Assembly: GCA_017547445.1 (NCBI GenBank)
Contig: JAFYPR010000033.1
Coordinates: 1 to 41,933, forward strand
DNA: 41,933 bases
Origin: Clostridia bacterium
GTDB lineage: Bacteria; Bacillota; Clostridia; UMGS1883
Reading direction: 5' to 3'
This document shows positions 1-9,208 of the stretch, piece after piece. The translations under genes and the position numbers were made by a program. Position 1 is the first letter of the stretch; every line of letters begins with the position of its first letter. The notes beneath the pieces were generated by a model. It was given only the letters and a program-made list of their open reading frames with translations. It had not been told where the DNA came from and searched no databases.

Positions 1-540
1 GGAATGGATCAGTTAAAAACAGTTTCTCTCCCCCAAGGTTTAATTGAAATCGGCGACAGCTCATTCTTTATCTGTACTTCATTAGAAGAAATTACACTTC
101 CCTCTTCATTGGAGAAAATCGGCGACAGTACCTTCTTCACCTGTAAAAGCTTACAGGATATCTCCTTCCCGGATGGCTTGGACTACATCGGCAACCATGC
201 TTTCTACAACTGCAGTGCCCTTGAAGAGGTCGTACTTCCCGACAGTGTTAAAACCATCGAATACAATGCGTTTTACAACTGCTCCGGCTTAAAGGAAATT
301 AACATTCCCCTAAGCATTGACTATACAGGCTCTCAGATTTTCAAGGGTTGTCCCTTACTCACAACCATGGAAGTGCCCGAAGGCATAACAATTCTTCCCG
401 GCAATATGTTTAACGGAATGGATCAGTTAAAAACAGTTTCTCTCCCCGAGGGCATGGTAGAAATCGGCGACAATGCATTCTTTAACTGTACTTCATTAGA
501 AGAAATTACACTTCCCTCTTCATTGGAGAAAATCGGTGAT
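1..540 (+). repeat. Intragenic duplication within the LRR gene (nt 1-126 and nt 415-540, 414-nt period)
   Basis: Direct comparison gives 113/126 identical nucleotides, in the same reading frame (138-aa period). Confidence 0.9.
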
Positions 541-3474
541 TCCGCTTTTTCAAGGTGTACCAACCTTAAAGAGCTCAACCTTCCCCCTTCTGTTAAAGAG
601 ATTGGTTTTTCTGCATTTAATGAATGCTCCTCTCTTACAAGCTTTACATATCCTGTATCCTTACAGTATGCAGGTCACAGCATGTTTACAGGCTGCAGCT
701 CACTTGAAGAGGTAATAATTCCCGAGGGTATCACAAAAATTGCCGACAATGCCTTCTCTGATCTTCCCTGCTTAAAAACAATTTCCCTTCCCGAAAGCTT
801 AGAGGAAATAGGCAGCTATGCTTTCGGAGGCTGTGACAACCTTCGTTTTGTTATCGTTCCCAATAACGTATCAAAAATCAGGGACTCCGCTTTTGCAAAC
901 TGTGAAAACCTCCGCTATGTAACAATAGGTGCCACAAAGTGTGAACTGGAAGCATCCGTATTCCACGGAAGCGACAAGATGTTCATCTACTGTCAGCCCG
1001 TAAGCGATGCTGCACGTTATGCAATAGTAAACAACATTCCCTTTACACCTATTTCCTCCGAAGGGAACGATTATACGGACTATATCACAGATATGTCATC
1101 TACACGCTTCTACTCTGACAAAACCCTTGCCATGGTTGACAGTTATATTCCTCTGACACTGGAATATACTCTCTTCGAGGATAGGCTCCGTGCAGTTTCC
1201 GATGCAACCATATCCATACTCTTCTCAGAGAATGTTGAAGTAATGGAAAACCGTGTTGAATTAGACGGTGAAGCTATAACTGACTTCACCTATGACACCA
1301 ACGAAGGTGTTTTAACAATACCCGTTGAAAAATCAAGCGGCAAGCTTAAATTCTATGCATCTGTGTGGGACCACGGAACGGTTTCGGCACTTGCCTCATT
1401 AAGCTATTACTCCAAAGGCTGGCAGAATGAAAATATTGCTCTTGCATACCTCGATGCTCCCGCAATCAGGTTTGATGCTCCTGCAACAGTAAGCTCAGGC
1501 AGCCTTACCATCACAGGTGCTACAGGTAAGAGCAAGAAAATTCTCTTCACCATTAACGGAGCTGATGCAGGCAATACAACCGCCAGAAAGGACGGCACAT
1601 TTACTTATAAGCTTGATCTTCCCGCAGCGGAAAAGGAAGGTGAAAAGTTCACCGTCAGAGCAGCTCTTGCAGAGGATACAACAAAGTATTACGAGCAGAG
1701 CGTAGCCTATGAAACACATTCACCTGTTCTCACTAAATTCCTGATGAAATACAGCAAGGATACCACCGTTCCATTTGTAGACCTTCTGGACGATACTCAG
1801 CGGCTTACGCTCCGTGTCGACCCCAGCGACGGCTTCCGTTTTGAAATTAAATTCGACAACCCCGAAAAGCTGGGTACAGTCTTTGTGGGAAGCAGTAAAA
1901 ACGGTAAGCTCTCCAGGCTTTATGCCGTTCCCGTGGGAGAGGGTGGCGAGTATGTTGCCGAGGGCTTCTTCGACAATGACCCCAATTTCCTCCCCGGTGC
2001 CATAAATGTTTACTATAATACATATTCCGATCCCAACGACTATTCAACACCTCTCGCGAAGGAGGATTTGCCCGATGCATGGAAGGATGCGAAAAACGAA
2101 GTTTTAGAGCAAGGTGAAAATGTTTACCGCTCACGCATCACGCTTCAGTCAGGGGACGAGATCGAGTATACAGTTCACGAAAACCTCACCCTGGCGCAAA
2201 TTCGCCACCTTGTTTTAGGCGAGCCTATGAGTGCAGAGGATGACCCCGAGCTGTTTGGCTCCACAGCCTCTGAGCTTATCTTCGGTTTCTTTGATGACAT
2301 TGCAATAAACTTCACAAAGAACGGTGTTTCCACCGCCACAAGTCTGCATACTGCCGAAAACGGAGATCTGGCAATGATGGTTGAGGACGCTCCCGGCGAA
2401 ACCTTCTGGCAGATTGTATGGGACAACGGAAAGCAGGCATTCCAGGCATCAGCGGTGAGCTTTGCGGGAACAGCTGCAATCCAGTACTTCTCTCCCGGCG
2501 TAAGCTGGTCAAACTGCGGTAGCGCATTCGGTTTTATTTCAGATTCCGTAGGTGTTGTTATGCATGCCTACAACGATATGGTTTCCGTTGATGATGCCTT
2601 GAATGAAATCAAATCTTCCACGACCCTTACTGCAGAGCAGAAGAAATATGCAACCGAGCAGGTAGAAAAAATGCGTAGTGCTTACCTTGGCTTAAATGCA
2701 TTCAGGTTTGCAGGTGCAGTAGCAAGCTACGGATTAACACTTGCCTACGGCCCCGTAGTCGGTGCATTGGCAGGCATGGTATTTGACGGCATTGCCAATA
2801 TTATCGAAGGCTATCTTGACGATGCTATGGCATATTATGCGGCAGGCGGTCAGGGCTCTTACCTTAAATGGCTTATTGACCCCTCAGGCTACGTTTACGA
2901 TGTAATAACAAACAAGCGCATAAAGGGTGCCACAACATGGGTGTACTGTATTTTGTTCGAGGAGGACGACGATGCTACCTTCTGGGAGGATATCCCATCC
3001 CCCGATGAATACGGCACCCTGTGGCAGGCAGAGGAATATTCACAGCAGAACCCTCTTACAACAGATGAAGAAGGCAAGTATGCATGGGATGTTCCCGAAG
3101 GCTGGTGGAGAGTAAAATGCGAAATGGAAGGCTACGAAACCCTCTGGAGCGACTGGCTTCCCGTACCTCCCGTACAGACAGAGGTTAACCTTGGAATGTT
3201 CCCCGCAGAAATGCCCGAGGAGTATTATTACTTCGACTCTTTTTCAAAAGCTGTTGTTATTTCAAGCAATCTTGAAACAACCTGTACAGTAGCAGTAGGC
3301 GCATATACAAACGATGCACTTACAAGCATTGAAATTAAAGAAAACGTCACTCTGACAGGCTCTGTAACAAATGTTACAATGGACAAGGTAATAACAGACG
3401 GAGCGGATAGTGTAAAGGTATTTATCTGGAAGGATAAAGCCTCCATGCTGCCTCTTATAAATCAGGCGAAGTAA
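1..3474 (+). CDS. Large leucine-rich-repeat (BspA/LRR_5-like) surface protein, 5'-truncated by the window edge
   Basis: The frame is open from base 1. The N-terminal ~340 aa are repeated ~23-aa units of the type 'L..I.LP.SL..IG..AF..C..L'. A long beta-rich middle region follows, then a Gly/Ala-rich hydrophobic segment and an 'IDPSGYVYD' beta-sandwich-like C-terminus. A hairpin terminator follows the stop codon. Confidence 0.8.
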   Translation, partial: GMDQLKTVSLPQGLIEIGDSSFFICTSLEEITLPSSLEKIGDSTFFTCKSLQDISFPDGLDYIGNHAFYNCSALEEVVLPDSVKTIEYNAFYNCSGLKEINIPLSIDYTGSQIFKGCPLLTTMEVPEGITILPGNMFNGMDQLKTVSLPEGMVEIGDNAFFNCTSLEEITLPSSLEKIGDSAFSRCTNLKELNLPPSVKEIGFSAFNECSSLTSFTYPVSLQYAGHSMFTGCSSLEEVIIPEGITKIADNAFSDLPCLKTISLPESLEEIGSYAFGGCDNLRFVIVPNNVSKIRDSAFANCENLRYVTIGATKCELEASVFHGSDKMFIYCQPVSDAARYAIVNNIPFTPISSEGNDYTDYITDMSSTRFYSDKTLAMVDSYIPLTLEYTLFEDRLRAVSDATISILFSENVEVMENRVELDGEAITDFTYDTNEGVLTIPVEKSSGKLKFYASVWDHGTVSALASLSYYSKGWQNENIALAYLDAPAIRFDAPATVSSGSLTITGATGKSKKILFTINGADAGNTTARKDGTFTYKLDLPAAEKEGEKFTVRAALAEDTTKYYEQSVAYETHSPVLTKFLMKYSKDTTVPFVDLLDDTQRLTLRVDPSDGFRFEIKFDNPEKLGTVFVGSSKNGKLSRLYAVPVGEGGEYVAEGFFDNDPNFLPGAINVYYNTYSDPNDYSTPLAKEDLPDAWKDAKNEVLEQGENVYRSRITLQSGDEIEYTVHENLTLAQIRHLVLGEPMSAEDDPELFGSTASELIFGFFDDIAINFTKNGVSTATSLHTAENGDLAMMVEDAPGETFWQIVWDNGKQAFQASAVSFAGTAAIQYFSPGVSWSNCGSAFGFISDSVGVVMHAYNDMVSVDDALNEIKSSTTLTAEQKKYATEQVEKMRSAYLGLNAFRFAGAVASYGLTLAYGPVVGALAGMVFDGIANIIEGYLDDAMAYYAAGGQGSYLKWLIDPSGYVYDVITNKRIKGATTWVYCILFEEDDDATFWEDIPSPDEYGTLWQAEEYSQQNPLTTDEEGKYAWDVPEGWWRVKCEMEGYETLWSDWLPVPPVQTEVNLGMFPAEMPEEYYYFDSFSKAVVISSNLETTCTVAVGAYTNDALTSIEIKENVTLTGSVTNVTMDKVITDGADSVKVFIWKDKASMLPLINQAK

Positions 3475-3487
3475 CACAAACAAAAAA

Positions 3488-3515
3488 AGCACTCAAACTA
3501 TTTCGTTTGAGTGCT
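3488..3515. terminator. Bidirectional intrinsic terminator between the convergent LRR gene and the hydrogenase operon
   Basis: 11-bp stem agcactcaaac/gtttgagtgct with a 6-nt loop, flanked by an A-run (3482-3488) and a T-run (3515-3519). Confidence 0.8.
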
Positions 3516-3526
3516 TTTTGTTTATA

Positions 3527-4969
3527 TTAAACCATAACTGCATTTACGGCATCCTTAATTGATTTTTCCATAGCTTCCTTGCCGTATTTGTCTACTTCCA
3601 TCTTATTCTTTACTTCACTGTGAGTAAGACAGCCCGCGCCGTTTATACATCCGCCAAGGCATGCCATACCTTCAATAAAGTTATACTCGGGCATCTGACC
3701 TGCTTTAAGCTTCTTTGATGCCACTAAAAGAGCCTTCATGCACTCTTCAATGCCGTTACAAACAAGAGGCTTCGCTTCAAAGTCAATACCCTGCTCCTTC
3801 AGCGCCTGTGCCGCCGCTTCACTTACACCGCCGCTACGGGCAAAAATTCTTCCGTAATAGGAAGCATTGTCAAGGCAGTCCTCGTCGAGCTTTTCAAGCT
3901 CAATTTCACGGCTGTCAAAAAGCGCCTGCAATTCTTCAAAGGTTAAGACCTCGTCAATATGGGGCTTGCTCTTTTCTAATTTTGCTTCGCCCTTCTTTGC
4001 AGTACAGGGTCCTATAAATACAACTCTTGCATCCTTATCTGTTTCCTTTATAAACTTAGCCATCTCAACCATAGGTGAGAAGTTATGTGAAACATACGGA
4101 AGCATATCAGGCACCTGACTCTTGATATATGCCACAAAGGCGGGGCAACAGGATGTTGTCAGAAAGCCTTTTTCTGCTAATTCACGACTTTCCTTAAGTG
4201 CTACCATATCGCCACCCAGCGCCGCTTCAACAACAGTATGGAAGCCTAAAGCCTTAAGACCCGACACCACCTGACCAAGCTTTGCATGCTTGAACTGACT
4301 GTAAATGGCAGGTGCCACAACTGCATATACTCTGCTCTTGCCGTCATTGCTCTTTTTAAGCATGTCAATTACATTAAGGATATAGCTCTTGTCTGTGATT
4401 GCACCGAAGGGGCACTTGTAAACACATGCACCGCACTGTATACACTTACTGTTATCAATGGATGCACTCTTTCCGCCTTCAGCGCTTATTGCCTTTACCT
4501 TACACGCCTTCATGCAGGGACGCTCCCTCTTCACAATAGCGGAGAAGGAGCAATTCTGTGCACACTGACCGCAGTTTTTACACTTATCCTTATCTATATG
4601 TGCTCTGTGGTCGTGGTCAAAATATACTGCGCCGAATTTACATGAGTCTTCACAGCTATGTGCAAGGCAGTTACGGCAGCTGTCTGCCACAACCTCATAG
4701 CCTGATGCGGGACATTTGTCGCACGCCATAGGCAAAACCTCAATATTATTGGGGTTTTCTCTCGTACCGCCCATTGCCATCTTTACTCTTTCAGACAGTA
4801 TCGCCCTTTCCTTGTTTACACAGCAACGCATTGTGGGCTCATCACCGGGCACGATAATTTTGGGAATATCCAAAAAGTTTTCAAGCAAGGTATCATCCCA
4901 TGCTTCTTTTGCAACCTCCCTGAGCACCTGATATTTCAGATGCTGAACCTTTGTATCAAATTTTCTCAT
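3527..4969 (-). CDS. [FeFe]-hydrogenase, catalytic-type (H-cluster domain plus ferredoxin-like 4Fe-4S clusters)
   Basis: H-cluster motifs TSCCPAF, GPCTAKKGE and MACLGGCINGAG are present. So are two CxxCxxCxxxC clusters (CKNCGQCAQNC, CIQCGACVYKC). It is the last gene of the operon. Confidence 0.85.
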   Translation of the reverse strand: MRKFDTKVQHLKYQVLREVAKEAWDDTLLENFLDIPKIIVPGDEPTMRCCVNKERAILSERVKMAMGGTRENPNNIEVLPMACDKCPASGYEVVADSCRNCLAHSCEDSCKFGAVYFDHDHRAHIDKDKCKNCGQCAQNCSFSAIVKRERPCMKACKVKAISAEGGKSASIDNSKCIQCGACVYKCPFGAITDKSYILNVIDMLKKSNDGKSRVYAVVAPAIYSQFKHAKLGQVVSGLKALGFHTVVEAALGGDMVALKESRELAEKGFLTTSCCPAFVAYIKSQVPDMLPYVSHNFSPMVEMAKFIKETDKDARVVFIGPCTAKKGEAKLEKSKPHIDEVLTFEELQALFDSREIELEKLDEDCLDNASYYGRIFARSGGVSEAAAQALKEQGIDFEAKPLVCNGIEECMKALLVASKKLKAGQMPEYNFIEGMACLGGCINGAGCLTHSEVKNKMEVDKYGKEAMEKSIKDAVNAVMV

Positions 4970-4979
4970 ACCTATCTCC

Positions 4980-6155
4980 TTAAAAATAACTTAATTTAAC
5001 CCTCTTGCCCATCTGCTTGAGGCACTTTGTCAATTCCTCCACAAGATTCATCTTAATATTGAAATTAATGGGCAAATCAGGATTCTGATGTGCGGGGTTT
5101 ATTGCTCTGCCTACATAAAAATTAATATCCGTCGCCTCTTCAAACAAAAGCCGGCAGATAAGCGCCGCACCGTCACGCTTGAAGTTCCATTTTTCATAAA
5201 GCGTGTTTTCGCCGATATAGTCCTTTGCGTATTCAACCACCTTGTTAATGGTTATAACGCCCTCGGTTACCAGATCAACACCTTCAATCTCCGCAATAGG
5301 CGGAACATCGGAGGATTCAAAATTCAAGCTTGCCTTCAAGGGTTTTCCTAAATACTTTGCCGCAATGGAGCTTGTTGTACCTCCGCATACAATATGCTTG
5401 CCTTCCTTCGAGAAGAAAAGTGCCATCATTCTGCCCGAATCATCACGGTTAAAGGGCGGTCCGAATAATAAATTCATCGGCTCACGTTTTCTTATACGTA
5501 CCACACAGGCGGTTGTATCGTCACCGGGTTTTTCCCCATAGAGCTTATTGCATTCATCAACTAAAATGGTGGATAAATTCTTTGCGGTATATCCGCAAAC
5601 GCTCATCATTTCCATGAAGTCTATAATTTCTTCTCTCTTCCAGCCGAAATTATATGCCATGCCAATGCCCGCATGGGGGCAACCGTCACTCATTGCGATT
5701 ATATGGTCATTTTCGCAAAGGTTAATCCTTGATTTATATATCTTCTTACCGTCTATTGTCATTTCCGTTCTGGGGTAATCGTAATTTTTTCCGTCGCGAA
5801 GCATGATAACCTGAGGGTTATCGTACTGGATAATCTCTGCAACCGACTGGTCGATAAGATGAATAATCGTAAAGGTTGAATATGCCACACCTCTTACCGA
5901 GCAAACAGGGAGCGTTGCCGCTATTGTCTTTACGCATTCCTCCAGGGGAAGTCCTGCCGCCATCATGGTGGAAATTATCTTCGATGTCAGGGTTGACAAA
6001 ATACTCGCCTTAACACCGCTTCCCAGTCCGTCAGCCAGAACTATAACAGTAGATGTTTCATCCTCCTGCTCAACAATGTCAACGTGGTCACCGCAGAGCT
6101 CTTCACCGTAATGATTTATACTTTTGTATCCGATTTCAGCACACAAATCATTCAT
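4980..6155 (-). CDS. PP2C/SpoIIE-family protein serine/threonine phosphatase with an uncharacterised C-terminal domain
   Basis: Motifs 'VIVLADGLGSGVKASILS' and 'IIAMSDGCPHAG' are typical of the SpoIIE/PP2C fold. The start overlaps the upstream gene's stop by 8 nt. Confidence 0.75.
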   Translation of the reverse strand: MNDLCAEIGYKSINHYGEELCGDHVDIVEQEDETSTVIVLADGLGSGVKASILSTLTSKIISTMMAAGLPLEECVKTIAATLPVCSVRGVAYSTFTIIHLIDQSVAEIIQYDNPQVIMLRDGKNYDYPRTEMTIDGKKIYKSRINLCENDHIIAMSDGCPHAGIGMAYNFGWKREEIIDFMEMMSVCGYTAKNLSTILVDECNKLYGEKPGDDTTACVVRIRKREPMNLLFGPPFNRDDSGRMMALFFSKEGKHIVCGGTTSSIAAKYLGKPLKASLNFESSDVPPIAEIEGVDLVTEGVITINKVVEYAKDYIGENTLYEKWNFKRDGAALICRLLFEEATDINFYVGRAINPAHQNPDLPINFNIKMNLVEELTKCLKQMGKRVKLSYF

Positions 6156-7824
6156 CAGCTATCGACTCCTTCAACTTAGAAAGTGCAATCTTCGTTTCTG
6201 CGGCAGTTTCGCCTAAGAGCGAGGCAATCTCCTGAACAATTCTCATCTGCTTTTCAACAACCTTGTCTGCAACCTCTACTGTCTGGCGGCTTATGGATTC
6301 CTTCTTTTCTCTTTCCTTTTCTTCGTCAGTTACATCTCGCAAGATTGCAACAAGCATTCTTGACTCCTCATCATAAACGATGGTCTGGTCTGTATACTTC
6401 TTGTATTCGGCAAGATATACCCTCTTGTTCCTGATATCACGCTTTGTGTTCAACACCTCAACAAAATCTCTCGGGTCAAGAATTCTTATAACGGGCTCGC
6501 CCACAATATCCGACGCAAACCTTACATTAAGCATCCTTCTCGCCGCTTCGTTAATCTGCTGTACCTCCAGGCTTTCATTAAGTGCAATAAGTCCGTTAGG
6601 TGTATTTTTAATAATAGTATCAGAAAAGCTTTCTGTCTTTTCTTTCAAGAAGGGGAGACACATACTTATCTCTGCCTTGCCCCGGCATACGGCAACAGCC
6701 TTATCACGGCAGGTATTATATCCACAAAGTCCGCAGTTAAGCTCGTCTCCCTTTTTGAACTTGCCCATCTGCCCCAGAATAGCTTCTATCTCAGCATCGG
6801 AAGGATTTTTCACATTCAGCTCAATGCGTTCAAGGGTTTTTCTTATTTCAAATGCGGGAGGCTGCTTCACGTCAAAATCCTCTTCCCCTGCATAATTCTT
6901 CACTGCGATATAGTCCAGAACCGGCGAATACTTTTTATTACCCATGGCAGGCCCGTTAACACAGCCTCCTGCACAGGCAGACATTTCGATAAAGCATTTT
7001 GTAATTTTGCCCTCTTCAATCTCCTTCAATGCTTCCATACAGTTTTCAACACCATCAAGTGCGATATATTCGTAATCGGACGCATCGCAAGCCATAGACT
7101 TCAGAACACCGCCCGTAACGGGAAAAAACCTTGCACGGCTCTTCTCGCAGGAAGGAGCATCCGTCTCAAGCGTTACATATTCGCTCTTAAGCCATTCCTC
7201 CAGCTCTTCAAAGGTAAGAGCAGCATCAACAAATTCGCCGTAAAAGTCAACCTCATCCTTCTTTGCGATACAAGGGCCGATAAATACAACCTTTGCATCA
7301 GGATACCTCTTTTTTATATCCTCACCATGTGCCTGCATGGGACTAAGCACATCCGCAAGGTACATAAGAGCCTTTGGGAAATACTTCTGTATCAGCAAAT
7401 TTATACTGTGGCAGCAGGAAGAAATCACAACCTCTCTGCCCTCTTCACGGAGTATTCTGTCGTATTCGTTTTTCACTATGGTTGCACCTATTGCAGTTTC
7501 CTCAGCACTGTAAAAACCAAGCTCCTTCAGAGCCTTTTCCATTTTTTCAATGCCCACATCCTTGAATTTTGTAATAAAGGACGGCGCAACGCTGGCAATA
7601 ACAGGCGCGCCTGACTGAATAAGCACCTTCACCTTTTCAACCTCGCTGACAACCATCTTTGCATCCTGAGGGCATACTGCATAGCATCTTCCGCAAAGGA
7701 TGCATTCATTGTCAATAATATGCGCCTGATTTCCCGAAAAACGGATTGCCTTCACAGGACAGTTTCGTATGCACTTATAGCAATTCTTACAATTGCTTTT
7801 CTTCGATATCATACAGCTTGACAT
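6148..7824 (-). CDS. Putative sensory [FeFe]-hydrogenase-like protein with C-terminal PAS domain (HydS/HfsB-like, group C type)
   Basis: N-terminal 2x[4Fe-4S] (CKNCYKCIRNC, CILCGRCYAVC). Variant H-cluster motifs SSCCHS, GPCIAKKDE and MSACAGGCVNGP. An extra Cys cluster CGLCGYNTC..C..C. A PAS-like segment 'IIKNTPNGLIALNESLEVQQINEAARRML'. Confidence 0.8.
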   Translation of the reverse strand: MSSCMISKKSNCKNCYKCIRNCPVKAIRFSGNQAHIIDNECILCGRCYAVCPQDAKMVVSEVEKVKVLIQSGAPVIASVAPSFITKFKDVGIEKMEKALKELGFYSAEETAIGATIVKNEYDRILREEGREVVISSCCHSINLLIQKYFPKALMYLADVLSPMQAHGEDIKKRYPDAKVVFIGPCIAKKDEVDFYGEFVDAALTFEELEEWLKSEYVTLETDAPSCEKSRARFFPVTGGVLKSMACDASDYEYIALDGVENCMEALKEIEEGKITKCFIEMSACAGGCVNGPAMGNKKYSPVLDYIAVKNYAGEEDFDVKQPPAFEIRKTLERIELNVKNPSDAEIEAILGQMGKFKKGDELNCGLCGYNTCRDKAVAVCRGKAEISMCLPFLKEKTESFSDTIIKNTPNGLIALNESLEVQQINEAARRMLNVRFASDIVGEPVIRILDPRDFVEVLNTKRDIRNKRVYLAEYKKYTDQTIVYDEESRMLVAILRDVTDEEKEREKKESISRQTVEVADKVVEKQMRIVQEIASLLGETAAETKIALSKLKESIADE

Positions 7825-7843
7825 AATTCCTACTTCCCTTCAC

Positions 7844-8089
7844 TCAGATTTTTGCAAGAACCTTTTCTTTGAAAAAATCCTTAAAGTCCTCAGGAGTAAT
7901 ACCTGTGTAAATTTCATCATCAATCTGCACGGTTACACCCTCACGGTTGCATTTGCCTGTGCAAAAGCTACCCGCCAAGGTAACCTCCGCCTCCAAATCA
8001 TGAGCTTCAATAGCATTCTTGAATTTTTCAACAAGCTCATAAGAGCCTTTCAAATGGCACGAACTGCCTATACAAATCTGAATAATCAT
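7844..8089 (-). CDS. Thioredoxin-like [2Fe-2S] ferredoxin-domain protein (NuoE/HydC-like), copy 2
   Basis: 81 aa with Cys pattern CIGSSCH...C..KC. It has a 4-nt ATGA overlap with the upstream paralog. Confidence 0.75.
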   Translation of the reverse strand: MIIQICIGSSCHLKGSYELVEKFKNAIEAHDLEAEVTLAGSFCTGKCNREGVTVQIDDEIYTGITPEDFKDFFKEKVLAKI

Positions 8090-8328
8090 ATCGCTTTACT
8101 TAAAACCTCACTTATGAAAAACTCTTCCGCGCTCTGGGGTGTAACAGAAAAAATCTTTCCGTCAATATCAAGGCACACACCGTCACGGCAATTTCCCAGG
8201 CAGAATGTTCCGCCCAGCTCAACCTTATCGGCTATATTGTTTTCTTCTATAAGCTTCTTAAATGTGTCAACAACGCTTTTAGAGCCCTTCACATGACAGC
8301 TGCTTCCTATACATACAGTAATTTTCAT
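8086..8328 (-). CDS. Thioredoxin-like [2Fe-2S] ferredoxin-domain protein, copy 1
   Basis: Paralog of the 7844-8089 gene (MKITVCIGSSCHVKGS...CLGNC). I moved the start to ATG 8328, which is preceded by GGAGAGAGGA. The longer track ORF (start 8367) would overlap the kinase gene. Confidence 0.7.
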   Translation of the reverse strand: MKITVCIGSSCHVKGSKSVVDTFKKLIEENNIADKVELGGTFCLGNCRDGVCLDIDGKIFSVTPQSAEEFFISEVLSKAI

Positions 8329-8342
8329 TTTCCTCTCTCCTA

Positions 8343-9089
8343 TCAAAAATCTGATTTTTCTATCCATCCAAGGAGTTTTTTCTTATCCTCTCCCGTTGCA
8401 TCTGTGCTGAGCGCCGCCGCAACAATGGGGAACCAGCGTTTTGCATAATCCCTGTCTGCGCCGTTCTTTTCGCAGTAAAGGTCAAAATACTTTTTTGCCA
8501 TTTCCTCCCGTCCGGAAAGTCTTAAAAGCAGGCATGTTCTTACCACATCGGCAGAAGCATTGCCCTGTGCCGCATGGGACCAGTCAATAATATATACCTT
8601 GCCGTCCTCTGCAACAGTAATGTTGGAAGGGGTAAAATCCCCGTGGCAAATCTTTGTGCGTGTGGGCATTTCCACTATCTTTCTGTGCATATCAAAACGG
8701 GTAATTGCATCAAGATCGCTTTCCATAATCTTGCCCGAGAGCTTGTCGCTTAATCTGTTCATAATTCTGCAGGGCTGATTAAAAATATCAATATGCAGAT
8801 TAACCATCAATTCCACATACTCATCCTCTTTATCGGGATTTTCCTCCAGAAGCTGTTTAAGCGTTTTGCCTGTTATATATTCGGATACAATCGCCCATTT
8901 TCCGTCAACGCATTCAATCCCCACAATTGCAGGCACATTAAGTCCCGTTTCTTCAACACGTGCCTGATTGAGCGCCTCATTCAGAACCTCTGCCTTTGTA
9001 TAGCACTCGTCAAACACTTTGATTTTCAAATCTCCGTCACGGTAAATAGTTTTGTTGTCGCGTTTTACAATCACTTTTTCCAGATTCAT
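8343..9089 (-). CDS. Aminoglycoside-phosphotransferase/choline-kinase-fold (APH family) kinase
   Basis: Brenner-type motif 'ICHGDFTPSNI' followed by 'YIIDWSHA'. It is the first gene of the hydrogenase operon. Confidence 0.8.
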   Translation of the reverse strand: MNLEKVIVKRDNKTIYRDGDLKIKVFDECYTKAEVLNEALNQARVEETGLNVPAIVGIECVDGKWAIVSEYITGKTLKQLLEENPDKEDEYVELMVNLHIDIFNQPCRIMNRLSDKLSGKIMESDLDAITRFDMHRKIVEMPTRTKICHGDFTPSNITVAEDGKVYIIDWSHAAQGNASADVVRTCLLLRLSGREEMAKKYFDLYCEKNGADRDYAKRWFPIVAAALSTDATGEDKKKLLGWIEKSDF

Positions 9090-9136
9090 AAATCCGTCTC
9101 CTTTTCCCGTTTTTCTTCATATATACATATATTCTT

Positions 9137-9165
9137 ATTTTATCATATATATTTCTTCTTTTCAA
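9137..9165 (-). promoter_or_regulatory. Sigma-70-type promoter of the kinase-ferredoxin-HydS-PP2C-hydrogenase operon
   Basis: Minus strand: TTGAAA (9165-9160), 17-nt spacer, TAAAAT (9142-9137). It lies about 50 nt upstream of ATG 9089. Confidence 0.6.
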
Positions 9166-9173
9166 CGGCTTTC

Positions 9174-9208
9174 TTCACAAAAAAACAAGAGGAATATTTT
9201 ACTTCCTC
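9174..9208 (-). terminator. Intrinsic terminator of the ttcA-like gene
   Basis: Stem gaggaa/ttcctc (9189-9194 / 9203-9208) with the stop codon in the loop. On the minus strand it is followed by a T-rich run (9174-9188). Confidence 0.5.

Noticed and set aside
9174-9180. Rex-like half-site (TTGTGAA on the minus strand) just upstream of the hydrogenase operon -35
   Set aside because: Only one half of the TTGTGAA-N-TTCACAA palindrome is present. The partner half is TTGAAAA (4/7 match), which is too weak to call an operator.
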